64,000 nucleotides of DNA from Octopus sinensis (taxonomy: Eukaryota), in contig NC_043001.1 in the NCBI RefSeq assembly GCF_006345805.1, positions 94,116,001 through 94,180,000 on the forward strand, in the 5' to 3' direction. Below the pieces are notes generated by a model. It was given only the letters and a program-made list of their open reading frames with translations, did no database searches and was not told where the DNA came from. Position numbers and translations under genes: made by a program. Positions 40,402 through 51,503 of the stretch are shown here, piece by piece. The stretch's first letter is position 1, and each line of letters starts with the position of its first letter.

Positions 40402-41205
40402 CTACATAGAAAAAAAAACTGCAGCTAACCCTGGATCCCCTAGCAGAATGTCTCACGCATTTCATGCATATGAATCATGATTATTTAGGCTCATGCCTAA
40501 ATTACTATACTTATATTAAAAATACCGATTATAACTACTAACCTCCCCTACCACCAGTAATGTTTATCGTCAATAACATTAACTGAGTCGACTCAAAAGC
40601 AGACATTCAGCATTCAAGGCGCGGAATGACTTTTGCAGGGAATAAAATGACGCATTATATACCGCAAAATAATTATAAACTAACAAAAGGCTATTTCGTT
40701 ATTGGAAAAAGAAAAACTTCTGGTTTTATAAACCATTGTTACACAGGTATTTCTTTAGTACCGAGTGCGGACACTAAACTTGTTTGAAAATATGAGGATG
40801 CAGATAGTGCGTCGACAGCCAGCTTGGGAGGATGTTTCCTGGGGCTAAATAACAGTATCATTCGTCCTAACCAGGACTACCACATTATGTTAGCAAATAA
40901 TCTTTACTCTAGAGTACTGTTATTGAATGTTTCTTGATCAGAAATTTATCAATAATATTTTTTTCTATTAATATTCTTTTAATATAATCTAAAACTTACG
41001 GTGTTCCGAGAATAGCCATAAAAGATATGATATATGCATACGAAGGAAAAGTTTCATTCAATTCATATTCACTCCACTGAGAACAATATTTTAATGGTAC
41101 ATCTAAGATTTTGTAAAAGTTTGCGCCCAGGAAAAATTGATTTTAGCGACCCGTATTTGCGTATTTACGTCAGTGCAGAGAGATAGGTATGGGTGTGTAC
41201 GTATA

Positions 41206-41439
41206 CTCTTACTCTTTTACTTGTTTCAGTCATTTGACTGTGGCCATGCTGGGGCACCACCTTTAGTCGAGCAAATAGACCCTAGAACTTATTTTTGTAA
41301 GCCTAGTACTTCTTCTATCGGTCTCATTGCCGAACCGCTAAGTTACGGCGAACTAAACACACCAGCATCGGTTGTCAAGCGATGTTGGGGGGATAAACAC
41401 AGACACACAAACATACACACGCACACACACGCATATATG

Positions 41440-41470
<31 letters not shown>

Positions 41471-41638
41471 TATACGACGGGCTTCTTTCAGTTTCCGTCT
41501 ACCAAATCCACTCACACGGATTTGGTCGGCCCGAGGCTATAGTGGAAGACACTTGCCTAAGGTGCAACGCAGTGGGACTGGACCCGGAACCATGTGGTTG
41601 GTGAGCGAGATACTTACCACACAGCCATTCCTACGCCT
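41206..41638 (-). mobile_element. SINE family A, near-intact copy
   Basis: Reverse complement of the 19762-20185 type. Confidence 0.92.
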
Positions 41639-41858
41639 ACGTATATTCAGAAAAGGTACAAATGGCTGAACTTTTTTCCGAACAGAAGACCACCATTAAG
41701 AATATAACACAAAGGAAATCTCACAAATGAGATATACATGATCAAAAACATGATCTAGTCATGACGAAAACCATGCATTCATATAATCTGTCATGCTCTT
41801 CATGATAACATTAATACCGCCGGTAAAATATCAGGTTATAATTTAAAGGAGAATTGGC

Positions 41859-42267
41859 GGATCTTTTCGGTTTGAACGGCAGTTTTTTCTAGCGGTGTCA
41901 TATGAAATTGTCAACCATAATTATGACCCTAGTGTCGATCTATTGCATTTCAATCTGGGTTAGGGTTAGGGGTGAGGGGAAAGGTATCCTTTTTTCTTCA
42001 CAAATGAAAATAAACCCAATCTGTTTCTTAAACGAGGGACATATTCATACGGCACAGAATGTTTTTTACCGCAATATACGTCAGTGATTGGTTGAAATTG
42101 CAGAAATTGAAGAAAAAACAACAAATATCTTACAAACTACAGAATTTTCTCAATAAAACCAAGAGAAAAACATGTTTTATAAACATATTCTACCTGTATA
42201 CGAAGTTTTAAATTTTTTAGTTACCTAGAAATTATGTTAAAAACTGCCGTTCATACCGAAAAGATCC
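41859..42267. mobile_element. MITE with about 28-bp TIRs and an 8-bp TSD
   Basis: TIRs ggatcttttcggtttgaacggcagttttt / aaaaactgccgttcataccgaaaagatcc; flanks gaattggc / gatttggc. GG-start TIR with 8-9-bp TSD suggests Merlin; hAT or MULE not excluded. Confidence 0.85.
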
Positions 42268-42761
42268 GATTTGGCTGCTATTTCTCTTAGAGTCATGTAA
42301 GATCCCGAAATATAATGTTCATAAGCGGTAGCGTGTAATCTACAGTTGTAGGCTTTGATACACGTGAGGCGATTTATTGGCCTTCCCACATCCAGTATTA
42401 CGAGTCCGTATGAATAGAGTGAAATAATCGATGTTTACGAAGGCGTAGAATATATAATCGTTAATATGAATATTTCAGACGTTAATTCATTATTTATTCA
42501 CATACACGAAGCCCGCCCCACCACTTATATATATACATAATTACACACACATACACTTACACACGCACGCACACACATATATGCATATATATGTAATCAA
42601 AGGTATGAGTATACTATGATATACATATATATAACGTATGATATTATATATTATATATATATATATATATAAAATATTATTTGAGACAAAACCACTATTT
42701 TGCAAAACAAACAAGGAAAGACTTAATCAATACATAAAATTTAATAAATAGTCAAAAAAAC

Positions 42762-42806
42762 CGCACTACAATCGTTTTTGTCTTGATCGACAATCTTCAG
42801 GTGGAC
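42762..42806 (-). ncRNA. Hammerhead motif, left-arm copy (G of GAAA missing)
   Basis: Minus strand ccacCTGAAGAttgtc-gatcaa-gacaa-aaacgattgta-gtgc. Confidence 0.55.
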
Positions 42807-45800
42807 TTCCAATCTAAAAATCAAAATTTTAAAATATAAATAATACTTTTAAATAATTAAAGTATAAATGAAAAAATATAAATATATAATCCATATATAA
42901 CCTATATATAATCCATATCGAAAATATAGACTAATTACACGAATTCCCTAAAAAAACCATGATAAAACAAAACTCTTAAAAACATATAACGATAAAATCT
43001 CCCTTAAACTCTATAACAAACCTATAAAATAAACCCCCTAACCTAAACATTCACACACAAATACACACACGTAAACCACAGACTCACGACTTATACACAT
43101 ACCTATACTAACTTATAAACCTCAATATACACCAAAACCCACTCCCTCCCCACACAGACAAATTAACACATACATCCCAAAACCTAAATAACAAACCCAT
43201 AAACACATTCACACACAAAACACACACTCACACGCAAAACACTCACACACAAAAGATACATATACTCCCTCACATATACGCCTATACATACTCACTAAAA
43301 CTCGACATATACAACAATACTTACACACCCACAAAAAACATTATATACATTTATGAGCTTAACTCACCTTAGCATCTCTAACAAACAACTTGCAGTAACC
43401 CAATCCCATTCTCTATGCCTACCTCACTACTACACTATTCCATTCACATTCCAAGCAACGCTAGTCCACCACCCGGTTATTCACGTGGCAAAACGAACAC
43501 CACTCAAAAATTATGAATGAAACAATGTAAAAAAATAACCACACCTAAAATAGACAAAATACCACGAATTACCTAAAAAAACCATGATAAACCAAAACTC
43601 ATAAAAGCATATAACGATAAAATCTCCCTTGCTAAACCCTATAACAAACTTATATAGCAATCCCCCTAACTAAACATTCACACACAAAAAACCCACACGT
43701 AAACACAGACCCAAGACTTATACACAAACCTATACTAACTTATAAACCTCTATATACACCAAAAACCACTCCCTCCCCACACAGACAAATTAACACATAC
43801 ATCCCAAATCCTAAATAACAAACCCAAATACACATTCAACACAAACACACACACACGCAAAACACAAACACACAACAGATACATATGCTCCCTCACATAT
43901 ACGCATATACATACTCACTAAAACTCGATATATACAACAATATTTACACCCACACTCATACAGATAAATAAATTAATTAAACAATTAAAAACTCACAACC
44001 AATCTCATATACATAAACACTCTTAAGAAAACAACAATAAATACATCGTAATTAACCAGAATATCAAAAATAACATTATGACATAAGGATAAATCAAATA
44101 CATACTTACAATTCAGTTACAAATTATGAAGTGAAATTAGATTCTTAGCCGTTAAAAACCAAACAAAATTACGTTACCATGGAAATAACTAATGTAAAAA
44201 AAGAATACGCGCCATAGAAAGTAAACGTCATTCATAGTATGAATGGAGAAATATAATAAATGGAACTAAAAACTATTTCCAAGTAGCAAACCAACGCTAC
44301 TTAAAAAAAATTTATTATGAATGGATTCTTTAAAAACTATCATGAAAAATCAATTATATACATTTATGAGCTTTAGCTCACCCTAGCAACTCTAACAAAC
44401 AACTTACAGTAACCCATACTCAGTGCCTACCTCATTACCACCCTATCCATTCACAATTCCAAGCAACACTAGTCCACCACCCGGTTAAATTCCCAACTCT
44501 ACCCATTCATTCACAATTTCAACGACGTTCCCTTCAACAACTCTACATATAAGCCTCAACATATACACCGGAGATACACTTACACATCCGTGCGGATGGG
44601 TGAGAGTATACATTAAGTGTAGTGATGGGGCTCCCATTTCTAAACAATTTGTACCTGTGTGGTAGTCTCCATGTGTATATTCACGCACGGGTATAAATAC
44701 AGGGGGTACACGCTCACTTCATTTACGTGTACCCCTCACATGTACATATGCATACTATTTTGGCTCGATATATGCAACAATGTAATCGCGCCCGTATGTG
44801 TGAGCATTCACTGGTTGTGCAATTCACCCATCTGGGTGGTGATTGTGTGTAAACTTATCACTGTTATATATAAATGTAATTTGTTGGTTTTTTTTTTAAC
44901 GGCTAAGAATCTAATTTCACTTCATAATTTGTAACTGAATTGTAAGTATGTATTTGATTTATCCTATGTCATAATGTTATTTTTGATATTCTGGTTAATT
45001 ACGATGTATTTATTGTTGTTTCTTAAGAGTGTTTATGTATATGAGATTGGTTGTGAGTTTTTAATTGTTTAATTAATTTATTTATCTGTATGAGTGTGGG
45101 TGTAAAATTGTTGTATATATCGAGTTTTAGTGAGTATGTATATGCGTATATGTGAGGGAGCATATGTATCTGTTGTGTGTGTGTGTTTTGCGTGTGTGTG
45201 TTGTTTGTGTGTGAATGTGTATTTGGGTTTGTTATTAGGATTTGGGATGTATGTGTTAATTTGTCTGTGTGGGAGGGAGTGGTTTTTGGTGTATATAGAG
45301 GTTTATAAGTTAGTATAGGTTTGTGTATAAGTCTTGGGTCTGTGGTTTACGTGTGGGTTTTTTTGGTGTGAATGTTTAGGTTAGGGGGATTGCTATATAA
45401 GTTTGTTATAGGGTTAGCAAAGGGAGATTTTATCGTTATATGCTTTATGAGTTTTGGTTTATCATGGTTTTTTTAGGTAATTCGTGGTATTTTGTCTATT
45501 TTAGGTGTTGGTTATTTTTTTACATTGTTTCATTCATAATTTTTGAGTGGTGTTCGTTTTGCCACGTGAATAACCGGGTGGTGGACTAGCGTTGCTTGGA
45601 TGTGAATGGAATAGTGTAGTAGTGAGGTAGGCATAGAGAATGGGATTGGGTTACTGCAAGTTGTTTGTTAGAGATGCTAAGGTGAGTTAAAGCTCATAAA
45701 TGTATATAATGTTTTTGTGGGTGTGTAAGTATTGTTGTATATGTCGAGTTTAGTGAGTATGTATAGGCGTATATGTGAGGGAGTATATGTATCTTTTGTG

Positions 45801-46238
45801 TGTGAGTGTTTTGCGTGTGAGTGTGTGTTTGTGTGTGAATGTGTTTATGGGTTTGTTATTTAGGTTTTGGGATGTATGTGTTAATTTGTCTGTGTGGGAG
45901 GGAGTGGGTTTTGGTGTATATTGAGGTTTATAAGTTAGTATAGGTAGTGTATAAGTCGTGAGTCTGTGGTTTACGTGTGTGTATTTGTGTGTGAATGTTT
46001 AGGTTAGGGGGTTTATTTTATAGGTTTGTTATAGAGTTTAAAGGGAGATTTTTACGTTATATGTTTTTAAGAGTTTTGTTTTATCATGGTTTTTTAGGGA
46101 ATTCGTGGTAATTAGTCTATTTTCGATATGGATTTATATAGGTTATATATGGATTATATATTTATATTTTTTCATTATACTTTAATTATTTAAAAGTATT
46201 ATTTTATATTTTTAAAATTTTGATTTTTTAGATTGGAA

Positions 46239-46283
46239 GTCACCTGAAGATTGTCGATCAAGACAAGAAACGATTGTAGTGGC
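46239..46283 (+). ncRNA. Minimal type I hammerhead ribozyme motif
   Basis: Stem I gtcac/gtggc; CTGAAGA at 46244-46250; stem II ttgtc/gacaa; GAAA at 46267-46270; ACgattGT stem III; GUA cleavage after 46278. Confidence 0.75.
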
Positions 46284-46453
46284 GGTTTTTTTTGACTATT
46301 TATTAAATTATGTATTGATTAAGTCTTTCCTTGTTTGTTTTGCAAAATAGTGGTTTTGTCTCAAATAATATTTTATAATATTTTACTATAAAATTGGATT
46401 TAATCCTAAATCTGATTTTTTTTCCCTGTAAATTGGATATATTCCCTAATATT

Positions 46454-46505
<52 letters not shown>

Positions 46506-46699
46506 GTGTGTGTGTGTGTGTATAACATGTATATATAATATATATATAAAAAAAGCAATAAAGATTCAAGTTAATTTAAATGAATTTACTTGAATATGGT
46601 ACCTAACTTAGATGCACCAAAAGAAAACTATACTGTTTTAACAATACAGTAATGTGGGGTGTTATTTAAGCGAGAAAGAAGCAACAAGAATGGATAGGT

Positions 46700-46790
46700 T
46701 TTTAGTACAATCGTTTCATACAAGGACAGGCTTTATTAAAAGTTGTAAAAATTACAGCATATAAACGTGTCCCGTACTCATCAGCTAAAA
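46700..46790 (-). ncRNA. Type I hammerhead motif with extended stem II (left-arm copy)
   Basis: Reverse complement of 47074-47164. Confidence 0.75.
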
Positions 46791-47073
46791 TACATGTGAG
46801 TTCTCTAGATATCCTAGTGGTTGAGGCTATACTCATGAAGTAATGTAGATAATTAAGTAACATAAACAGATTTTAATGAACTTTACAAAGTTCATTAAAG
46901 TTCTTTAAAGATGATGTACAGTCCTATCACATAATTTTAAAAAAGTTCTAATAGCATCGCAGAGAAGGTGACCTAATCCATAGAGCACATATGAATTTCC
47001 AGAGATATTAATTATCTACATTACTTCATGAGTATAGCCTCAACCACTAGGATGTCTAGAGAACTCACATGTA

Positions 47074-47164
47074 TTTTAGCTGATGAGTACGGGACACGTT
47101 TATATGCTGTAATTTTTACAACTTTTAATAAAGCCTGTCCTTGTATGAAACGATTGTACTAAAA
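47074..47164 (+). ncRNA. Type I hammerhead motif with extended stem II
   Basis: Stem I ttttag/ctaaaa; CTGATGA at 47080-47086; stem II gtacgggaca/tgtccttgtat; GAAA at 47147-47150; CGATTGTA, with GUA cleavage after 47158. Confidence 0.78.
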
Positions 47165-47195
47165 ACCTATCCATTCTTGTTGCTTCTTTCTTGCT

Positions 47196-47226
<31 letters not shown>

Positions 47227-48234
47227 TATATATATTATATATATATATATAAATGCACGCACACACACGTATATATATATACACACACTTACATATAATG
47301 AAAATAAGACAAAGTAAAAAATGTTAAAATAATTTTATCATGAAGTACCTTTGAGTACCGGTTTAAAAAACATTTCATATAATTTTTCCACAATTTGCTT
47401 TTCATGTTTTACTATAATGTTGAAAAAGACGCAAAGACTAAAAACGGTACTAAAGAATACTTCATGATAAAACAATTTTGCCGTTTTCTACCTTGTCGTA
47501 TTTTCCTTATACATATGAATTCGTGTGTTCCTTTTCAACCTTGTACACACACACATATTTCATACATAATCCATACATAAACGTGTGTGTGTGTGTTGTT
47601 TCTGTGTGTGAGTGATTCGGTGAAGTGAAATTGAACGTATTAAATGAGTACTGGTAGCATTTTACAAATAAACTATAATCGGAAAAGCGTTTGTTTTACG
47701 TATATATGCATGTATTCTCGTTGTTTATAAGTTATTTACCCTCAACATCACAGACGCATCTTTGTCACACCCAGCTCTACAAGTTGGAATATAGACTAGC
47801 AGAAAAGGGTAAATCGTCCTGTCACTGATGTCGGAGTTTTTACCGGTTAAGTAAACTGATTCATTCGCACAAACATAACAGAGATACATGAATAATCAAA
47901 CATACGTTTCAAGTAGAAACAAGTCCTGTTCAACATTTCTATATTTTTGGACACACATACATACACCCACACTCACTCATACACACACACACATATATAC
48001 GTTCATCTATAGAGAGATTAAGCAAAATGCATGAGTCTTTAGAGCTTAGATACAATTGATAAGCGATGTATTGTGTGTGTTCTCCTTGCTTTGATTTTTA
48101 AAATATGTACATGGTTTCTTATCCTAAACAAATCTCGTACATATACTTTAACGATTCGGTGGTAAAAATCAATGGGTTCAAACGACGGTCTCCGTGAGAC
48201 GCCCAAACGCCGTCTCAACGACTCCTACCGACCT

Positions 48235-49742
48235 GTTTCTTTATTATAGCCACAAGGACTCAAAATAGAGGGGGACAAACAAGAACAGGCAGGACACCAC
48301 AGAGGGGACAACTCATAGTACGAATATGAATGAAATGGTTATATAACAATGAAATTATGAATGGCTTGCATGCTATCCTCATCACATGTAGTACAATTAA
48401 TCTCGTTTACATTAAATTATTATCGGGTATTTAAATAACAATTAATTAACATGTAACATACCATCGCCAGTCCGTGTATTATCCGGCGTCCACGTATGAT
48501 TCCTGACGCACTGTCTTTCCAATAAAAAGTCTTATTACGCGCTATCCATTGAGTGAGGGATATCTGAACGACAGCCCTTTATTAATGGTACCACGTCATC
48601 CCAGTAGATTGCTTGCTCTAACTTTCCAAACTCGAATTCAAACTGTACCATTCTCACGTCGCACTTTTTTTTATTTCCTCGTAGCAGTTCGGTTATATTA
48701 TTATTGCTTTAGTTCCATTGCTGCTGTAACCCTTAGGCAATTTTACCCCTATTACTGGCTTCATTTTCAGGATCTCTGTTTCCGTACGTATACTTCTTTG
48801 GTAGTTTACATAATACCATCTCTTCTTCTTCTGGTTTTCACTCCTACCTTTATTCCTTTGTTCTTAACCTCTCAGCTTCACTTTCAGAGGAGACACATTC
48901 AAACTTTCTCTTCTGTCTTTCTTGTCTCCATTAATTCCCATCACCTTTTTTTTTTCTCTTTCAGCTTCTCCAGTGGAGAACCCCTTCTACTTTTTCTTTT
49001 CCGCGGTTTCACCTCCACGAATTCCTCCTCTGTATCCACTGCTTCAGCTTCTTCTCCACACTCCACCACGGTTACCTCTCTCTGCATCGAACTCTCCTCC
49101 CTCTCTTTTTCCTTCTTTCGAGAGCAATCGGCTTTTTTGTGTCCTCTGTTGCTACACAAAAAAACATTTCAAAGGCCTGCCCTCTAACCAACCTTACTCC
49201 CGCCATTCTTTTGACGCAGTAACTCGGTAGGAAAGACCATTCGTCGTTCCTAATCGTGTCTAAAGCATGCTCTGTTGCTACTTCCTCTGATGCGAACCTG
49301 ACTTCTACCACTCCGAACTTCTGACCTCTCGTTACAAACGTCGCCATGTGTTTAATATTTTTTAGCATTTTTTCTATACTCTCAGTCGTCGCGGTTTCGA
49401 TTTTGCCTGTGGACAATCTTAAAGTCTTATACAGGACCGTTCTCCTTTTAAACCTTTCCGAATATTCCTTTGGCGTTACCAGAGTGTTGTTCCTTGACTT
49501 AACAATTTTCCACATTCTATAATTGTGTCTGTTTCTATCTTTACGTCCGTAAGTGTTAACGCGGCAATATTGTCCCTACCTGTTGCCGGCGCAGCATAGT
49601 CCTGGTTCGAGGTATTCAAATTCTCCATTATGCGATTAAATCACAGACAACCCCAAGATATGGATAGACCCGCACAGGCCTTCAAACTTCAGTAATAAAT
49701 AATTCACAGTCATTAACAACATAACTCATAAAAATTAACTCC
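48235..49742 (-). mobile_element. ORF1-only retroelement, copy 1 (internal deletion)
   Basis: ATG at 49628; RTVLYKTLRL..FVTRGQKFGVVEVRF..LPSYC, then KCFLCSNRGHKKADC (CCHC) across a 1-nt homopolymer frameshift; no ORF2; tail ends aataaagaaac. Confidence 0.8.
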
Positions 49743-51503
49743 TTTTCTTTATTACAGCCACAAGGGCTCAAAGTAGAGGGGGGACAAACAAGAACAGACA
49801 GGACACAACAGAGGGGACAATACATAAAACAAATATTAATGAGATGATTGTATAACAACGAGATTATGAATGGCTGCATACGCCCCTCATCACATGCACT
49901 ACCATTAGTCTTGATTACATTCCATTATAATCGGGTATTTACATAACAATTAATTAACATGTAACATAACATTGCAAGTCGCCAATCTGTATATTCTCCA
50001 ACGGTCCACATCGGATTCTTGACGCATTGTCTCTAAAATAAAAAGTCTCTTATTACTCGCTATCAATTGAGTGGGAGCTATCTAAAGGACAGCCCTTTAT
50101 TAACGGTATCACGTCATTCCAGTCGATTACTGTTTCCAACTATTCAAACTGGAATTCAAACTGTACCATTCCAAGTCACACCTTTTTTAAAACTCCTCAT
50201 AGCAATACGGTTCTATTATTATTGCTTTAGTTCCATTGTTGCTGTAACATTTACGAAATTTTACCCGTATTACTCACTTCATTTTCAGGATCTCTGTTTC
50301 CGAACGTATACTTCTTCGGTAGTCTACATAATACCATCTCTTCTTCTTCTGGTTTTCACTTCTACATTTATTCCTTTGTTCTTAACCTCTCTTCAACCTC
50401 ACCTTCAGAGGAGACACTTTCAAACTTTCCTCTTCTGTCTTTTTTGTCGTTATTTTTCTTCATTACTTCCCATCGCCTCTATTTTCTTTTTCAGCTTCTC
50501 CGGTGGAGAACCCCTTCTACATTTTCTTTTCGGCGGTTTCACCTCCATGAATTATTCCTCTGTATCCTTTGTTTCAGCATCTTCTCCATACTCCTCCACG
50601 GTTGCCTGTCTCTGCATCGAACTCTCTCCTCCCTCTCTTTTTCCTTGTTTCGAGGGTTGTCCGCTTTTTTGTGTCCTCTTTCGCTACACAAAAAACATTT
50701 AGGTCTGGCCTCTACCACCACATTCAACTTGTTTTCTTCGGGCAATATATTTCTTCAGTTATGGAGTTCAGGTCATCCAGGGTGGCTTGAATTTTCGCAT
50801 ATAGCCCGTATCCCCAAAAGTCCACCTTTTGACTTCTTGTTGCCTTAAATATTTTCGAACTCTCTTTCATGTGGAATAAGACTGCCCCCATAATCCATGT
50901 CTCGTCGTATTCGGGTGGGATTTTGCTCATCCTTACTCTCGCCATTCTTTTGCCGCAGTAACTTGGTAGGTAAGCCCATTCGTCGTTCCTAATCGCGCCT
51001 ACTGCATGCTCTGCTGCCACTCCCCGAGATGCGAACCTGACTTCTACCACTCCGAATTTCTGACCTCTCGTTACAAATGTCGCCAGGTGTTTAATACTTT
51101 TTAGAATTTTTTTCTATACTCTCAGTCGTCGCGGTTTCGATCTTGCCTGTGGATAATTTTAACGTTCTGTACAGGACCGTTCTTTTTTGTAAACTTTCCG
51201 AAAATTCCTTTGGCGGTAGCAGAGAGAGTGCTGTTCCCTGACTTGTTAACAATTTTCCACGTTCTTTAATTCTGTCTGTTTCTGCCTTTACGTCCGTCAC
51301 TGTTAACGCGGCAATATTATCAGTACCCGTTGCATAGCTCTCGCTCGAATAATTAAAATTCTCCATTATACAATTGAATTAAAAATAACCGAAATATACA
51401 GATACTCACGCACAGAGAAAGCCTTCAATATTCAGTAATAATTAATTCACAGTCAATTAACAATCTAACTCACAAAAATTATCTCTGACACTCTCTGACG
51501 TTT
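49743..51503 (-). mobile_element. ORF1-only retroelement, copy 2
   Basis: ATG at 51366 (MENFNYSS..); same RRM-like region and KCFLCSERGHKKADN; same 3' UTR and tail as copy 1. The pair is flanked by TSD ccgacct (48228-48234 and 51504-51510). Confidence 0.8.

Larger units (their letters stand above)
42668..46377. mobile_element. 3.7-kb fold-back element with terminal hammerhead motifs (Penelope-like, non-coding)
   Basis: Arms about 42668-44175 and 44873-46377 are reverse complements with scattered substitutions and indels; spacer about 700 bp; inserted beside (TA)n. Confidence 0.85.
46667..47197. mobile_element. 531-bp fold-back element with hammerhead motifs in both arms
   Basis: 190-bp arms 46667-46856 and 47008-47197 are near-perfect inverted repeats; 151-bp spacer. 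Confidence 0.9.

Noticed and set aside
44176-44872. Penelope RT or GIY-YIG remnant in the palindrome spacer
   Set aside because: No convincing motif in the frames I could read by eye; the Penelope link rests only on the ribozyme and architecture.
48549-50848. Plus-strand ORFs of 212, 211 and 134 aa
   Set aside because: Antisense shadows of the purine-rich minus-strand ORF1 sequences.
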